29,343 nt of DNA from an uncultured Polyangiaceae bacterium (lineage in GTDB: Bacteria > Myxococcota_A > Polyangia > Polyangiales > Polyangiaceae), in NCBI GenBank assembly GCA_938004815.1, contig CALKVR010000172.1, positions 1-29,343 of the forward strand, given 5' to 3'. The notes under the pieces are model-generated. The model saw only the letters and a program-made list of their open reading frames with translations, was not told the origin of the DNA and searched no databases. Every line of letters starts with the position of its first letter. Positions within the stretch are counted from its first letter, which is position 1. Shown piece by piece: positions 27,841 through 29,343 of this stretch. The position numbers and the translations under genes were made by a program.

Positions 27841-29343
27841 TCATGGGCGTCGAGCAGCCGACACGCGGCAAAATGGCGGGCCGCCATCGAAACCGACCGC
27901 CACGGCGTACGGCTCCTGCTGCGCATCCCGCCAGATCCGCACCCACGTACCGGCATCGTCGGAGGTGCACGCACCATCGAGCGGCTCTTCGCACACCATG
28001 AAGTTGTCGGCGCAGTAGCCGATGTCACTCCCGGTACCCAACGCTAGCGACTGGGTCTCGCCCCCGACCTCGACCGTCGCAGCAAGCTCGGTACGTGCCG
28101 TGGGATCGTACGTCAGGGTCAAGGTGCGGGCCACGCCGTCACCGTTGAGACCGATGGGATCGACGTAAGTCCCCGCGACCGACGCCACGAGCGTCGGATC
28201 CCCCACACAACTCGTTTCGAAGAAATCAACACCGCTCAACGTCGGGTCGAAGAGCGGGGGGAGGCCGAGGATGAGGTCACTTGGGCTCCCGTAAACCGCA
28301 TTCAGGACCACCACGATCGCGAGTCGCCGCTCTTTGAAGAACCAGAAGCCGGTCGAGAAGCCGAAACCGGATTGGAACCCGTAGAGGATATCGTCGTTGA
28401 TCGCTTCCACGCGCCACCCGTCGAGCCCGAAGGCAGCGTAATCCGTGGTCCAGAAGTGCGGCCCTTGCGGCGCGAGCATCCCGTCGGGAGCTGTCAGCGC
28501 GGTCTGAAGAATGTCGCCGGGGCCACCCGTGAGGTACCCGAACAACTTCGCCAAATCGAGTGGGCTCCCGTAGTAACCGATCGACGGATCGTCGGCGGCA
28601 CACTCGGTCGGCGGCGTCGAGTCGACGAACAGGTTGTCGTGCCCGAACGAAAAGTCCCCTGACGCGAACGCCGACTCGCCGTACCCCCCCGCCATCGCGA
28701 GGGGGTCGAGCACCCGAGCTCGCGCGGCGTCTTCGTAGGGGATGCCGTCCGCGCGCTCGAGCGCGAGGCCGGCGATCTGCGCGTTGGACCGGTGATACAT
28801 GTGATACATCGCGCCGGGCGGCGAGTAGAGAAGCGGTACCTCGGCGTTCTGAACCGAGTCTTCGAGCGAGACGCACGGGCCGGGCGACCACCACTGATCG
28901 ACGAGGGCGCGGTAGCCGCTCGTGCGATTCAGGAGGTTGCGGAGCGTGATGTCGCTCGCAGCACCATGTTCGCTGGGCTCGACCCACACACTGTCTACCG
29001 CCGTTGTGATCGGGGCATCGAGGTCGAGCTTGCCCTCCTCGACCGCGTCGAGGACGCCGATGGTCGAGATGAGCCCACTCATGACGCCCGCGTTGAACAG
29101 GGTGTCGGGCGTGATGGGATCGCAGCTCGCGCCACGCTTTGAGCCAGCAACGCCCAACCCTGCCAGCTGGCCGCCCTCGACGACCACGAACGCGCCCCCG
29201 GGCACGCCTTGCGACTCCAGCGTGTACTTCAGGATAGCCATCCCCACTTTGATGCGCGGGTCGTCGCTTTGCGTTCCCGAGCAATCCGCTCCGCCTCCAG
29301 CTCCCTGACCACCGAGCCCATCCCCTCCCGCCCCCCCCGTGTC
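27841..29343 (-). CDS. Beta-lactamase/serine-hydrolase-fold protein with degenerate catalytic motifs; 5' end runs off the window
   Basis: GVPGGAFVVV, ITPDTLF, VEEGKLDLDAPI, ITLRNLLNRTSG, PPG and LDPLAM are family-typical. The frame stays open to 29343 through a Gly-rich linker (DTGGAGGDGLGGQGAGGG). Confidence 0.85.
   Translation of the reverse strand, partial: DTGGAGGDGLGGQGAGGGADCSGTQSDDPRIKVGMAILKYTLESQGVPGGAFVVVEGGQLAGLGVAGSKRGASCDPITPDTLFNAGVMSGLISTIGVLDAVEEGKLDLDAPITTAVDSVWVEPSEHGAASDITLRNLLNRTSGYRALVDQWWSPGPCVSLEDSVQNAEVPLLYSPPGAMYHMYHRSNAQIAGLALERADGIPYEDAARARVLDPLAMAGGYGESAFASGDFSFGHDNLFVDSTPPTECAADDPSIGYYGSPLDLAKLFGYLTGGPGDILQTALTAPDGMLAPQGPHFWTTDYAAFGLDGWRVEAINDDILYGFQSGFGFSTGFWFFKERRLAIVVVLNAVYGSPSDLILGLPPLFDPTLSGVDFFETSCVGDPTLVASVAGTYVDPIGLNGDGVARTLTLTYDPTARTELAATVEVGGETQSLALGTGSDIGYCADNFMVCEEPLDGACTSDDAGTWVRIWRDAQQEPYAVAVGFDGGPPFCRVSAARRP

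Overview
High-GC (roughly 70% by eye) bacterial chromosomal DNA. The gene content (Hanks-type kinases, many Cys-rich lipoproteins, GYF_2 and FGE-fold proteins) suggests a myxobacterium, probably Polyangiaceae-like; this is inference. I support about 26 CDS and one tRNA-Gln(UUG). I see no integrase, transposase or CRISPR array. Housekeeping genes include serS, hslR, gpsA, a GST and a LysR regulator. The main feature is a seven-gene minus-strand run (13899->4288), joined by ATGA/GTGA overlaps or gaps under 10 bp: hslR, unknown lipoprotein, tandem-GAF class III adenylyl cyclase with the Lys/Thr (class IIIb, bicarbonate-responsive-type) signature, 12-Cys lipoprotein, dabA (DUF2309), dabB (NuoL-like), and a degenerate NuoM-like subunit. 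This may be a coupled CO2/HCO3- sensing and uptake module in a heterotroph. Other leads: a PhcB-like methyltransferase behind a near-consensus sigma-54 promoter with candidate enhancer palindromes; a beta-lactamase-fold protein that has lost SxxK; a kinase with repeated uncharacterised helical domains; a bCerS/YghO-like acyltransferase; and TAnnnT boxes 6-9 nt before many start codons, suggesting widespread leaderless transcription. All family calls come from motif recognition by eye; no database search was run. Most long ORFs in the supplied track are GC-rich shadow frames, and several start sites were corrected.
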